Below, in pieces: positions 42,201 through 54,930 of a stretch of 64,000 bases of DNA (positions within the stretch are counted from its first letter, which is position 1; each line of letters begins with the position of its first letter). The stretch comes from the human T2T-CHM13v2.0 reference genome, Homo sapiens. Position numbers and translations under genes: made by a program. The stretch lies in the NCBI RefSeq assembly GCF_009914755.1, contig NC_060936.1. One strand, given 5' to 3'. Under the pieces are notes generated by a model. The model was given only the letters and a program-made list of their open reading frames with translations. It did no database searches and was not told where the DNA came from.

Positions 42201-42705
42201 AACTAGGACTGTGTGGACAACAGGCCCACTGGATCTTCCCATCTCAAAGTGAAGCTGAGGGTTCAGCTTCTAAAATAGCCAGCTCTTGGTCATCGCATTC
42301 AGCTCCACAGTTGATCCAGCCAACTGAGCTGCAGAGCTGCTCTAGCTGGCTGCCTATGAGAAGTGGAAGGAAAGAGAATTGGAGCAACTATCAGGTTAAT
42401 AAACTCTGTGGAGAGAGCCAAACCAAATTTCCAAGGCCCCACGATTAGTTTGTCTAAATGAAGCACAACAACATAATGCTGATAGGCCTGACTTCCTTTA
42501 GTGTTAATGGACCTTACAGATCTTCTCTAACTTCTGGGCTGTGGCCTTGTCTGTCTTGTTTACCACAATATCTCTAGTACCAGCAGAGGGCCTGCCAATG
42601 GTACATGTTGATAAATCTATGATATGAATGACCAGTCACTTGTCCTGGAGCTCTGGGTACCCCAAGCTTGGCTGAATGCTCCCACAATTGAGTCATTATT
42701 AATTA

Positions 42706-43019
<314 letters not shown>

Positions 43020-43124
43020 TCAGTGCCCTTCTCTCCATTCCACCACACACACACAAACATATATTCTCCCCACTTATCACTTCGAGGTCTGTCTTTTCAC
43101 CATAAAGGAGTGCATCAAAGATAA

Positions 43125-43320
43125 TATTAATAATGGCTAGTAGTCACTGAATGCCTACCAGTGCCAGGCATTGTTCTAAGCCTTTCATGTGTTAACTAAG
43201 GTCTTACAGCAATTGGATGAGGAGATACTATTATCATTCCCGCTTTATAGATCAGGAAACTGAGCTATGAAGAAGTCAAATAACTTGCTCAAGGTCACAC
43301 AGCTGTTAACTAGTAAACCC
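43125..43320 (-). mobile_element. MIR SINE
   Basis: gtgccaggcattgttctaag...gaaactgag...aacttgctcaaggtcacacagct. Confidence 0.85.
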
Positions 43321-43349
43321 TTATCCTCTTCATTAATGCATTGAAATAT

Positions 43350-43500
43350 TAATAAGCATGCAAATCAGCTGAAGCCTTGTTAAAGTGCATATTCTGATTC
43401 AGTGACTCTATAGTGGGGTCTGAAAATTCTGCATGTTTAGTAAGCCTCCAAGTGATGCCAATGCTCTCCGTCCATGAGTACATCTTGCTCAGTGAGGCTC
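43350..43500. mobile_element. MER5-type MITE
   Basis: cttgttaaagtgcatattctgattcagt...ctgcatgtttagtaagcctccaagtgatgcc. Confidence 0.7.
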
Positions 43501-44849
43501 TGTAGTGTGTTTGCAAGCTCTTTGTACCAACCATTTTCTGACTCCTGTTGTCATTAGCTATCAGAGTTATTTCCTGACTTGATATGACATTTGTTTAAAA
43601 GAAGAAACTGACACCTATGGTGTCATGGTATACAAGGCCATTTACACTATGGCCACTGGCCAGTTATTTTGAATGAATGTCTTTGGTGCAAAGAACTGAT
43701 CCTAAGCAAAGGGAGGGCGGCTCTAGACTTAATGGCTTTGAGCCCAGCTCATACTGCAGGTCCTGATCATGTCTACTGGTTGATGGCCACTGGGGGAGTC
43801 TCCCCTACTTTTATTCCATTGAGGCCACTAATTGAATTAGCCCTAGGTATTTAGGGTGAAGGTGTCCTCACTTCAAGGCTCCCGTGATAGACCATTGATT
43901 AGCTGTGCCTCTGGAATTCCCAAGCTCAAATGTCTGGAATTCTTTGCTCCTTCCAAATGCAGAGTTAGTAAGAGAAGGTAGGAAGACATATGAGGGCAAA
44001 GCTCCATGAAAAGAGTAGATTAATACATTTACTAACAAGTATATTTGAGGCCCTGATATTACAATGAAATTATTTTATCCTAACCCCCAGGTCTCAGGTG
44101 AGCTGCAGGAATAATGGAGTCAACTCTCATTCAATGTCTTTTCCTAATCAAGACTGCCTTCTCCTTTATTCCCCAGCAAGGTGTACTTATGAGACATAAT
44201 TTCTAAGACAATTCTGAAGGTAGATGCACATTTTTGGAACATTAAAAAAAAGCCTACATTAAAAAGTCCCAAATAAATAATTTTCATTTTTTAAAAACTG
44301 ACTTGACAAGAACTGTGTCACAGCCCTCCCACGTTAGCCCAGAAAACTTGGAGTTGACCACAACCATTCTGATGGGAAGCTGCATCTCTAAGGTCCTTTC
44401 TCACTTTAAGATTCTCTGATTCCATTCCAATCAGGTCTAGGGCTCTGGTACTCAAGAGAAGCTGTTAAGACCCCTGGGGGCAGTCATAGCTCCCAGACAG
44501 CTTGGGTTTTCTCTTGGAAAAACTTTAGGCAGTTCAACTCTTAGAGAGAAGGAACTCCCAGTGGGGGAAGTACAGAGCTTGGTATTGTGGGGTTTCTCTC
44601 CTCCTTTCCATTTCTTCTTGTCCCACGGCTATCCTTACAATCAAGAGCAGTGTCATTACCTGTCCAGCTAGCACTAGCCACCTGAGTGAGTGTTTAATCT
44701 TCAGACCCTTCCTCATTTCTCCCATTGAAGTTAAAAAAAGCAAAACAAAACAACTAGGTTTTAAATTTTAAAGTACCTATTATGAATAACACATTGGTCT
44801 AGTTGCTATGGAATGTACAAAAATGAATGAGATGTAACATTTTTTTAAG

Positions 44850-45115
44850 ACAGGGAAAATGGCATGTGAAGATGAAGGCAAGGGCCCAGGTAATGTGTTT
44901 ACAAGCCAAGGAACACCAAAGATTCCCAGCAGAGCACCAGAAGCTAGGGGAGAGGCACGGGACGGGTTTTCCCTCACAGCCCTCAGAAGGAATCAACCCT
45001 CCTGACACTGTGGTCTTGGACTTCCAGCCTCCAGAATGGAGAGACAATAAATTTCTCTTGCTTAAGCCACTTAATTTGTGATACTTTGTTACAACAGTTC
45101 TAGCAGGTTAGTAAA
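44850..45115 (+). mobile_element. MLT1 (B/C-like) ERVL-MaLR LTR, 3' part
   Basis: caccagaagctagg...cagccctcagaagg...ggacttccagcctccagaa...aataaatttc...ttaagccac. Confidence 0.9.
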
Positions 45116-45364
45116 GATGCTAACTGTATAAAGGCAGAAAGAAAAAAAAAAGAATAGCCTAGTAGAGTAAACAGTTACGAACTGGAATATGTTCTATGTG
45201 ATAGGTACAGAATCTTATGGAGATTCAAAGAAGCAAGAACAAGTAAAATAATGTACATGAAAGAAAATTTTTAAAGCTGTCAATACTGTGTAAATATAAA
45301 TTTCTAACTTCCTCAAGCAAGGAAAAGAGAACAAGGTTGGGAATCAGGAGGCCTGACCCTAGAC

Positions 45365-45562
45365 CAGGGGTTGGCAAACTAAAGCCCAAGCTTGTTTTTA
45401 TACAACCCTCAAGCTAAGAATGGTTGTAACATTTTTAAAAGGGTTGTATTAAACAATAACAGCAACAACAAAGAGAAATATACAACAGAGACTGAATGCT
45501 GCTTGCAAAGCCTAAAATACTTACTGTCTGGTCCTTTATAGAGAAAGTTTGCCAACCTCCTG
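45365..45562. mobile_element. MER58-type hAT-Charlie MITE
   Basis: TIRs caggggttggcaaact / agtttgccaacctcctg; 8-bp TSD ccctagac / atctagac. Confidence 0.9.
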
Positions 45563-45609
45563 ATCTAGACAAGATTTTGCCATAACTGTGTGACTACTGA
45601 CAAATCTGG

Positions 45610-46200
45610 CTGAGGAATTGGACCTTATCCAGTAAGTAATGGTGTTCATCAAGTGGATAAGATGGCTAGATCTATTGGTAGTAGGAGGATGAACTGGAAT
45701 GGGAATCATGCATAGAAATGTCTAGGAGGCAATTTAAAATTCTAATCTAGAAAGCCAGGAGAGATGTAAATTTGGGAATCATTAGCACACATTCAGGGCT
45801 TGACAATAGAATGGATGAAAGCACCCAAGGACAAGACCAAAGATGGAAACTTGGGCATGCCCACTTTAAGGGAAGGAGAATAGAACAAAAGAAGAGTGAA
45901 AGAGACTGAGAAAAACTGATCCGGGAAGTAGGAGAACAAGAGATGAACAGCATTACAGATAGAGTAGCTTGTCAACAATGTTAAATGCCAAAGAGAGGGA
46001 AAGTGGAATGAAGAATGAAAAGAAGCCTTGGATACGTCACTGGTGACCTTGTGACACCAGTTTCAGTAGAGTGGTAGAGTTGGGAGTAGGGGCAGGATAG
46101 TGCCTTTCAGGATGTTGGTAGTCAAGGGAAGGATGGAGACCAGCTCATAGGCTAAGTGGAAGCAGAGTCAACTGAGGCAGAAAGCATCCATTTTGCCTAC
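45610..46200 (-). mobile_element. L2 fragment
   Basis: gatgtaaatttgggaatcattagc...gtcactggtgaccttg...cagtttcagtagagtgg. Confidence 0.75.
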
Positions 46201-46458
46201 CATGCAAGGTACCTGAGGCTCCAATTAAATAACACATGTGAAAGTGCTTTGCGAACTATAGAGTACTATACTAATAAAAGGCATGATATTGTTATAAACT
46301 AAAGTAATTCTAAATTCTATGGTCATATGAAACCATGATTGTTCTCTTCCCTAAGTTTACAACTTAGAATCAAAGCATTTCTATTGCCCATCAAGTCTAA
46401 ACTGTCCATTCTGGAAGACCTTTCTAGCAGCTGACTATGGCCAACCTCATCTTCCTAT

Positions 46459-46650
<192 letters not shown>

Positions 46651-46807
46651 CATCTTCCTATTTTTTGACTTCCCACTCTGGAACTCTCTGCACCAACCCG
46701 GTAAACATAATTTTCATCCTCCCCACAAGCCTTGTTTTCCTATTCTTTTGAGCTTTTACTCAGGCCATTTGCCTTGCTTTAAGGCTTAAGAGTTGCTTGC
46801 TTTAAAT

Positions 46808-46936
46808 GCTGACAGATTTAGGAAATAAGAATACAGGGTGCTAGTTAAATTTGAATTTCAGATAAACAAGTAATTTTTAGTGTATGTCCCATGAAATATT
46901 TGGGCATGGGTGTCCTGTATTTTATCTGGCAAACCA
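46808..46936. mobile_element. MER53 MITE with internal deletion of one arm
   Basis: agttaaatttgaatttcagataaacaa...tatgtcccatgaaatatttggg|tgggtgtcctgtattttatctggcaa. Confidence 0.85.
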
Positions 46937-47204
46937 CACTTCCCCTCCTCTCTTAGTTTATCCATATGTGTCTCTTTCTTTAGAACTCAACTTAAAGCTC
47001 ATCTCTGCTCCTTGACATGATGATTTAATAAAATAATACAGCTTTTTGTCAACAAAAAGACATAGAGTCAAACCCTGGCCCTCTACTTACATGTGTGTGG
47101 TCTTCATTAAATCTTTTAGTTTCTCTGAATTTGTAAATTACCTTTCAAGGCTCTTATTAGGATGGAGTTAAACAACACTTGGTTTATTTGCTTAAGACTT
47201 ACAT

Positions 47205-47493
47205 TGTTTTTGGTTTTGTTTTTGTTTTTGAGGCAGGGTCTGGCTCTGTCGCCCAGGCTGGAGTGCAGTGGTGTGATCTCCACTCACTGCAGCCTTGACC
47301 TGAGGATCAAGTGATCCTCTCAGCTCAGCCTCCTGAGGAGCTGAGAACACAGGTGTGTGCCACCACATCCAGCTAATTTGAAAACTTTTTGTAGAGACAG
47401 GGTCTCCCTGTGTTGCCTAGGCTGGTCTCAAATTCCTAGGCTCAAGTGATCCCAAAGTTCTGGGATTACAGGCATGAGCCTCCACACCCGGCC
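47205..47493 (-). mobile_element. AluJ-type
   Basis: Dimer with a small left-arm deletion; TSD aa(g/a)acttacat at 47194-47204 and 47495-47505. Confidence 0.92.
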
Positions 47494-49254
47494 CAAAACT
47501 TACATATTTATTTAAGCCTACAGATAATTTATTTGCTCTGTGTGCCCTCTCTGCTTAGACACTCAGTTTGTACTTCTTCATTTGTATTGCTGCTTAGAGT
47601 CCTGAGGAGTGGGTTTTGCCTTTCCCATCAACCAGGATGCAATCTATTTGGGTCATTCCTTCTAGCATCTAAGGCTGGCATCTACCCACAGGGAGCCTTA
47701 GGATAGGGATGGACTGATGGGCTCCCGTTCCCTTCTCTCAGAATCACTGGAGGGTTGTATTCCTTAGGGACCTCAAAAGCAGTTCTTCCAGCCCACATAC
47801 TCTCAGAACTGCTATGCTAGCTTTGCATGGGTTTTCTGAGTGGGTTGATGGTGAAAAAAGGTGTGGTAAGCCCTTTGGGTGAGGAGTGGGGAATGGAGGG
47901 AAGCCGGAGTAATCATCATTACTAATGTTCTTCTCTGTGACTCAGATTAATTATAAATACCGAAATTCGTAAGAGAGAATTATAGTGATGGAATGCAGGT
48001 AGGAAGGTGAAGGTCTCTAGTGTATTTTCTTTTGAACTCCCGAACGCCCAGCCAGAGGACATAACTTTATTTGCCCAGTTGGGCTTCTGTGTCTGCCCCA
48101 GATACTCCTAAGTGGCAGGAGGGGGGTAGAATCTGATGCCCCTGTTTCCTCTTGCCTGAAGCTGACTTGGAACCATCCTTACTGTAATACCAATTCACTT
48201 CCTCTCCCCTAGCTGCTGGGGATATGGGTAAGCAGCCAGGTTATCTACATCTCCCAGCTCTGATTTTTATCTCAAGCCCAGGAAAAAAAAACAAAAAAAA
48301 TCTACACCTGACCAAACTCAGTAATAGAAAGTGGTTTTCTTTTTCCCCTTTCCTTTCCCTGGTCCCCTGGAGCTTATTTCACTGGAAGGGAACACAGGTT
48401 GATGTATTTTTAAATGGCTTTGATTTTATCACCTTGCTTAATGATTTGGCACGTTATTTATTAGATGGGGAGCTTCCCAGAGGGGCCTGGCCCATTAACG
48501 TATAAATAATGTGGCAAATAGTTCAATAGAGCCATAAAAAAAGTGATTTAGAAATAAATTGACCCCTGTTTGTTACATGTAAACGAAGGCCCAGGGTCAT
48601 AATGTATTTCATGCCCTTAAGCTGGGATGGTGGGATTGGGGTGGAGAGGGATGAGCAGGGGGCTAGTGCAGACACTGGGGGGATTTTTCTTCGCGGTCCT
48701 TTTTTCTCTACCATGGTTGGGGGTGTGGCAGGTGTGATTTGGGCTGCATGTGGTGTGTGTGCAGCTGGGTGAATAGTACTTATGGTCTGGGGTGGCCATG
48801 TGGTTGGCAAAAATGCAGCGGGGTTTGAGGTGGGAGTTTCCTCCTGGATGCAAATCCTGGTTTGTGATTTTGTCATTTTTGAGAAGTTAACATTTAACCC
48901 AAGTATATGGAAAGAGATGTGGATGGTTTGGATGGCTCCTCGTGTCTGAGGAGAAGCAGGAGCTGTCTTGGTACATTCAGGTCACTGTATTGAGCTCCTT
49001 TGATGGGAATGCTGTCCAGTTCATCTCCTTCTAGCACAGTGTGTAGCACGTAGTGGGGCATCAGTAAATGTCTATTAGAAATAAGAAGCACACGTCCACA
49101 TGCATACCATGATTGGCGGAGGAAAGAAATGGTACAGATACTTTCTGAACTAGTGGTGGATGAATGATGGATATAATAGACAACATTTACTGAGATCTTA
49201 GTATGTAGTAGGCATTTTGTTATGCACTTTACATAGATAACCTAATTAAATGCT

Positions 49255-49995
49255 TTATATGTTTAGATTGTGAAATATGACACATTCATAAGAGTGCATA
49301 AAGAATACACATGCATTTAATGAATAATGCAGCAAATAGAAACAATCATATAATCACCACTCAGATTAAATTTTTTTTTTTTTTTGGCCAGCACCTTAGA
49401 AGCCCCCTGTATGTTCTTTCTCATCACAGTCCTTTCCCCTTCCCAAAACTAACTATTCCGTATTTTGTGATAGTAATTCTCTGGCTTTTCATCATGGTTT
49501 TATTACCTCGAACAATGTAGTTTGGCTATTTTTGAATTTTATGTGAATGAACTCACACTGTGTATATTCTTTTGTGCCTTGCACTTCTTACTCCACATTT
49601 TATTTGTGATGTTCATCCATGTTGTTGCATGTAGTTGCAATTTGTTTATTTTCATTGCTGTATGTATTTTATTGTATGAATATACCATAACGTATCCTTT
49701 CTACTGGTGATGGACATCTGCATCCTTTCCAGTTTTTATCAGTTGAAAGCAACACTGCTCTGAACATTCTTGAATACATATCTTAGTGCACATGTGCCCA
49801 CATTTTGTAGGGTATATAGTTATTAGTGGGATTTCCAGGTTATGGGTTATGTGAACATTCATGTTTACTCAGTAACACCAAATTGTTTTCCAAAGTAGTT
49901 GCACCACTTCTCACTCTGACCAGAGTACCTGAACTTTTCTGTTGTTCTACCATTTTTGCCAACTCTTGGTAGTATCAGAGTTTTTCAATTTAACT
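49255..49995 (-). mobile_element. L1ME-like 3' fragment inserted in a MIR
   Basis: ttcatccatgttgttgcatgtag...tgatggacat...tgaacattctt...gttttccaaagtagttgcacca; MIR halves at ~49170-49255 and ~50000-50180. Confidence 0.8.
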
Positions 49996-51039
49996 TTTAC
50001 AGTATCATATTATGTTTGAATTATTATTACTCCTATTTTTTAGATGATTAAACTGAGGCCCAGGGTGTTTAAATTTAAGCAACTTGCTCAAAGTTATATA
50101 ACTGGTAAATGGCAGAGCCAGTATTTGAAATTCAGCCTGACTTCATAAGCTCAGTTTTAATCTTGATATTTACACTTTGCCTTGATAATGAATACTTGAT
50201 AGATTTTAGATAAATTGTATAACAAAAATTTAAAGTACATTTAACTATGTTAAATATTTTTAAAAATATTATGTTAAATGGAATTTGATAGACTGTCCTT
50301 CTTTATGCTTACTACCAGTTCATGCAGTGGGAGAGGTGGCTTGATTCATGCTGGTGATGGGGGGAACCGTTTAAGGAAGAAATATTTGTGGGAAGGTATC
50401 TAACATGGAGTTGATTGTAAGATTTCCAAAAGGAGCTTCTGAGATGATCCAGAGCCCCCTCTCCATAGGCAGGTGAAAGATCTGTAAACAACTCCAGAGG
50501 AAGAGACTCCACCCAGGAGCCAGAAAGTGCTTTTTTCAGGTTACCTTAATTCCTGCTACCGTTTTAACTCATTCCCTCTAGTTCATTCTTCCAAAGACAA
50601 CCCTTAATATATGATCAAAGGCCCCCTTTCTGGTTTCAGGGTATCTTGTTGGCTGGGCAGAGTTTCCAATAGAGTCAGGGCTTTAGAGTGTCTTTCATCC
50701 CAAGAGCTCAAAGCCTCCCACGGACATGAACCCATTAATCACCAAGCTGCTCTTGAAGTTGAGAACTAATCAGTGGGAGCCTCCCCCGCTTCCCAGGTAG
50801 AGAAACTGAGTCCATGACTTGTCCAGAACTGCCCAAGGAGTCAGGGTGGAGCCAGGCAAGGAACCTAGGTGTCCAGGGAGATTAACTCCTCTATTGTCAG
50901 TGATTCAGGTCTCCAGTTTTCTGCACATTCAGCAGAAAGAAGAACTCACTGGAGAATGGTGAAAGTTGAGGCTGGTGGTAAAGGAGATCAGGATTCTTCT
51001 AGGATTGCTGGGGAAAATGGCCTTGCCCAAGGAGATTTG

Positions 51040-51170
51040 TGTTCCTCAAGACCAGGGCTAGGGTCATTCATTTTCATATTTCGGTTCCTAGACCTGTGTT
51101 TGGTACATAGAAGGCCCTTAATAACTGTTTGCTGAATTAATGTGTGAATGAATGAATGAATCCATGAACA
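51040..51170 (+). mobile_element. L2 3' end with (TGAA)n tail
   Basis: tggtacatagaaggcccttaataactgtttgctgaat...tgaatgaatgaa. Confidence 0.75.
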
Positions 51171-52056
51171 AATGGCAGCCTGGCTAAATTTGTCTTATGG
51201 ATCTGATACTCTTCCCTGGTCCCAACTTTTCCTTCTAACACTAACATCTTTGGGAAAGGGAATGGGGATGAGAAATTGAACTGCCAGTTGAACTTCTCTG
51301 GATGGGACGTGAGCCTGGGTGGAGGAGTGAGAAGACATACCGTGGGTGGATGGGCTGGGGATGGAAGAGGGTGAGGTCTTAGGAGTTCCTGAGACTCACC
51401 CTCACTTTGCCTGTGAAGATCTACAAATAAAACTAAAATTTAAGCTTATTTCAGGAATTCTGTGAGTTCCTATTCCTCACTTGCTGGAGTATACGTCTGG
51501 GACAAGCAACTTCACCAGTTGTAGCCTTCATCCATTCCACTGCAAGCAGCAGAGCTCTGGGTCATGTGGCCAAATAAGAACATGAACTTTATTTTCTCCC
51601 TGTGTCCATCATCTTGGTGACTTTCTCAATGCGCCCCTGTTCTGGGGGAGCAGTTACTGTATATCACTTTAAAATGCTCTCAGTGTGCAGAGATCCCAAA
51701 ACCAGAGTTTTTTTTAGAGCTACAGGAAATCCCTAAGGTCATGGCTTACAAATTCCTGTGTTTGAGTAGAAGACACCTAACTCAGTTATGAGATGAGTTG
51801 GAGGAGAATTACCTTGTTTAGAATGTTTGTGTATAGGAGACTGAGGTGTGTATATCTCCACATAGGACTATAAATGCACATCGGTTTAACTGTTATATGT
51901 AAGAATCTTTATGAGGGAATGAACAAGGATTCACTTCTACAGGAAGTGGCTGTGGGGAGGTCCACATTTGTGAGGGTCCCCTTGCTTCCTTTGGGCCTGG
52001 TGGAGCTTTTCTCCATCTTCAGACCCTCCTTTCCCCCACCCCTCACTTGTTGCTGG

Positions 52057-52094
52057 GACCAGCCTGGCCAACAAGGTGAAACCCCGTCTCTACT
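52057..52094 (+). mobile_element. 38-nt internal Alu fragment, no tail
   Basis: gaccagcctggccaacaaggtgaaaccccgtctctact, one mismatch to the recalled AluS left-arm consensus. Confidence 0.9.
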
Positions 52095-52986
52095 GCTGGG
52101 GAAACTCCTAAGGAAATCTTCAGGCCAAGGATACTCACTCCCATCTTTTCTCCTGACATGTCTTCATTTCTGCCACCCATCTGATCCCATCCCCATCCCT
52201 AGGCGGGCTCCCTGCCACCTGCGTTTATCTCCCTGTTTTATGATGTCATTTAATTAGCTCGCACTTGATGGTTTTATGGGACAAACATGGCCTTGTTTGC
52301 CTTATAGCTGGATTTCATGGCTCTGTGGGGACAGGTCAGGAAATATCAGCCTAGCAGTATTTGAAGTTTGGGAATGCTGGATCTTTAGGAACCTGGGCAC
52401 TTTGGGGATGGCCTTAAAGCTCTATCTTCCACAAACTGGAAAAGAGTCACCTATCACTTCTCTAGCTCCCTGTCCCATAGCATGTGAATAACCCCTTTGG
52501 GAAAGTGGGAAGGCTTTGCTAAACATTAGGGGCCAGGGATACCTGTCTTGAATCTCTGTTGCTCGTGTGACTGTCATACGTACTACTTTTAGCCCCTAGA
52601 TAGAGTGGCTGTTATTACAGGATGCTTATAAGCCTCCTAAACATCAACTTTAGGAGAATAAGATACTGATATTGTAGGGCATACATTAAAATAGGGCTTG
52701 TGAGAAAAATAGAGAGAATTTCATTCCTTTCACAGAGGGATTTGTGGATCAAGAGAGACAATTGGGGTGTTGAACTGAATAGGATTCATCTAGATGCTAA
52801 CTAGGGAAATGGGGGTTACTACGTATTATTTAGGAATACTTAGTACTTAGTAGTACTTGGTTTATATTAAGAATACAATGTATTTTGGGGTTTTGTTTGG
52901 GTTCTTTTTTCGGTTTCGTTTGTTGTTGTTGTTTCATTAGTTGGTTAGGTCAGGAAATTCTGGGAAAATGTAAGAATGAATTATTG

Positions 52987-53267
52987 GGCCAGGCATTGTG
53001 GCTCATGCTCATAATCCCAGCACTTTGGGAGGCCAAGGCAGGAGAAGGGCTTGAGACTAGGAGTTTGAGACTAGCTGGGCAGCATAGCAAGACCTCATCT
53101 CTACCAAAAAAATAAAAAATTAGCCAGGCATGATGGTACATGCCTGTGGTCCCAGCTACGTGGGAGGCTGAGGCAGGAGGATTGCTTGCACTCAGGAGTT
53201 TGAGGTTACAGTGAACAATGATCACACCACTGTACTCCAGCCTGAGCAAAAGAGTGAGACCTTGTCT

Positions 53268-53297
<30 letters not shown>
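52987..53297 (+). mobile_element. AluJ-type with (AAT)n tail
   Basis: ggaggattgcttg, gcaagacctcatctctac; (aat)n tail. Confidence 0.94.
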
Positions 53298-53298
<1 letters not shown>

Positions 53299-54032
53299 AT
53301 TATCAAGAAGCATCCTAGACAGATGAGTTCCATCTGGTTTTCTAACATCTCTGGTGAATGAGACTCTGCCCCAGCTGCCGTGTGTGGCAACCTTTTGCCA
53401 TGGCAGCGTTCCTTCTCCCCCTGCCCCTAAGGTAACTAGTATACCTACACAGGCACACATTAGAAATGTCTGCGAGCAATTCCTTGATAAATACATGTTT
53501 CTTTTCTCAGCTTTAGACAACACATTTCTTTGGCTTGGTGCTGCGAGTAACCAAGCCTGTGAAATCAGCACTGAGCCAAGGGACGGGCTAAAGGAGCCAT
53601 GAGAAATCTCTGCTTCTTCTGCTCTCCCCGCACTCTCCTTCTGGGTTGAGATCCTAAACCTTAGGCCCTGGCTCCTGTCTTCTACCCGTTCTTCTCCCCC
53701 TCCTCACTCTTGCTCCCCATCTTTCACATCTCCCTCCTTGGGCTGTCCCTCTGTTCCACGTATTTTTGGGGTCCTGAAACTCATCATTCTGATTTCTCTA
53801 AAACCTTAGCAGAAAGATGTGGATGCAAAGTGGCCTGGAAAGGGGTAAGCAGTACTTCTAGGAAAAGGGACATTGTTGAGGCAAATGTAAGTCTGGGATT
53901 GGGAAAAATGTTAGAGAGAGAAGAAGTCGGGGGAGGAGCACCCTAAATTATAACTAGAACTAATAAAAGCATAGTAACCCAAATCTCAGACACAGGGTCT
54001 TATTTCAATAAATTAATATATTAAAAATTTTA

Positions 54033-54386
<354 letters not shown>

Positions 54387-54880
54387 CTAGATCTAGTTCT
54401 ATCTGGGGACAGAAGGTGAGACTGAACCTCTCAAAGGAAAGGACTCAATCTCTCTGGAGCCCCTGTCTCCAGAACCTACCTGGTCAGGATGTCCTCAGAA
54501 AATTTAGCCTAAATCCCTCCTGCTGCTCTTTGCAACATCTTTCAAGACCGGTGATGCATACAATTCATCTTGAATGTCCCCTCCTCCCTGGGAGCTTGTG
54601 ACAGCACATCTCACCTGAAAAACCATTAGACTCTGAAAGTGTTGGGACTGGCCCTGGCACGCCTTCGCCCTTCCGTGCTGTCCTCTCTCTGGATGACTTC
54701 AGAGGAGGTGAGGGTGGTGTTCGATGGATGCTGCAGCTTCCCCCTCCTCTTTCACTGAATTGCCAATATATTTTCTCTGACAGTTTGCACAGATAGTTAA
54801 GATACTGTGTAATTACTGTTGCGTTTGAAAGCCAAACATGATTTATTTCTGACAAGCTCAGTCATCTTTGGGATGACTTG

Positions 54881-54930
54881 GTGTGTGTCTGTGGGTGTGT
54901 GTGTGTCTGTGTGTCTGTGTATGTGTGTGT
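54881..54930 (+). repeat. Imperfect (TG)n
   Basis: Directly visible. Confidence 0.9.

Noticed and set aside
42578-42596. CTCF-like CCAGCAGAGGGCC
   Set aside because: Mismatch at the 3' core and lies within an L2-like relic. Much weaker than the site at 3662.
44070-44103. AG|GTCTCAG|GTGAGC possible 7-nt microexon
   Set aside because: Frame-shifting length, short pyrimidine tract, branch-like CTAAC too close to the AG, and no supporting enhancer motifs.
46808-46936. MER53 as a possible miR-1302-family hairpin
   Set aside because: About 50 nt of one arm is deleted, removing the long stem and the intact mature sequence.
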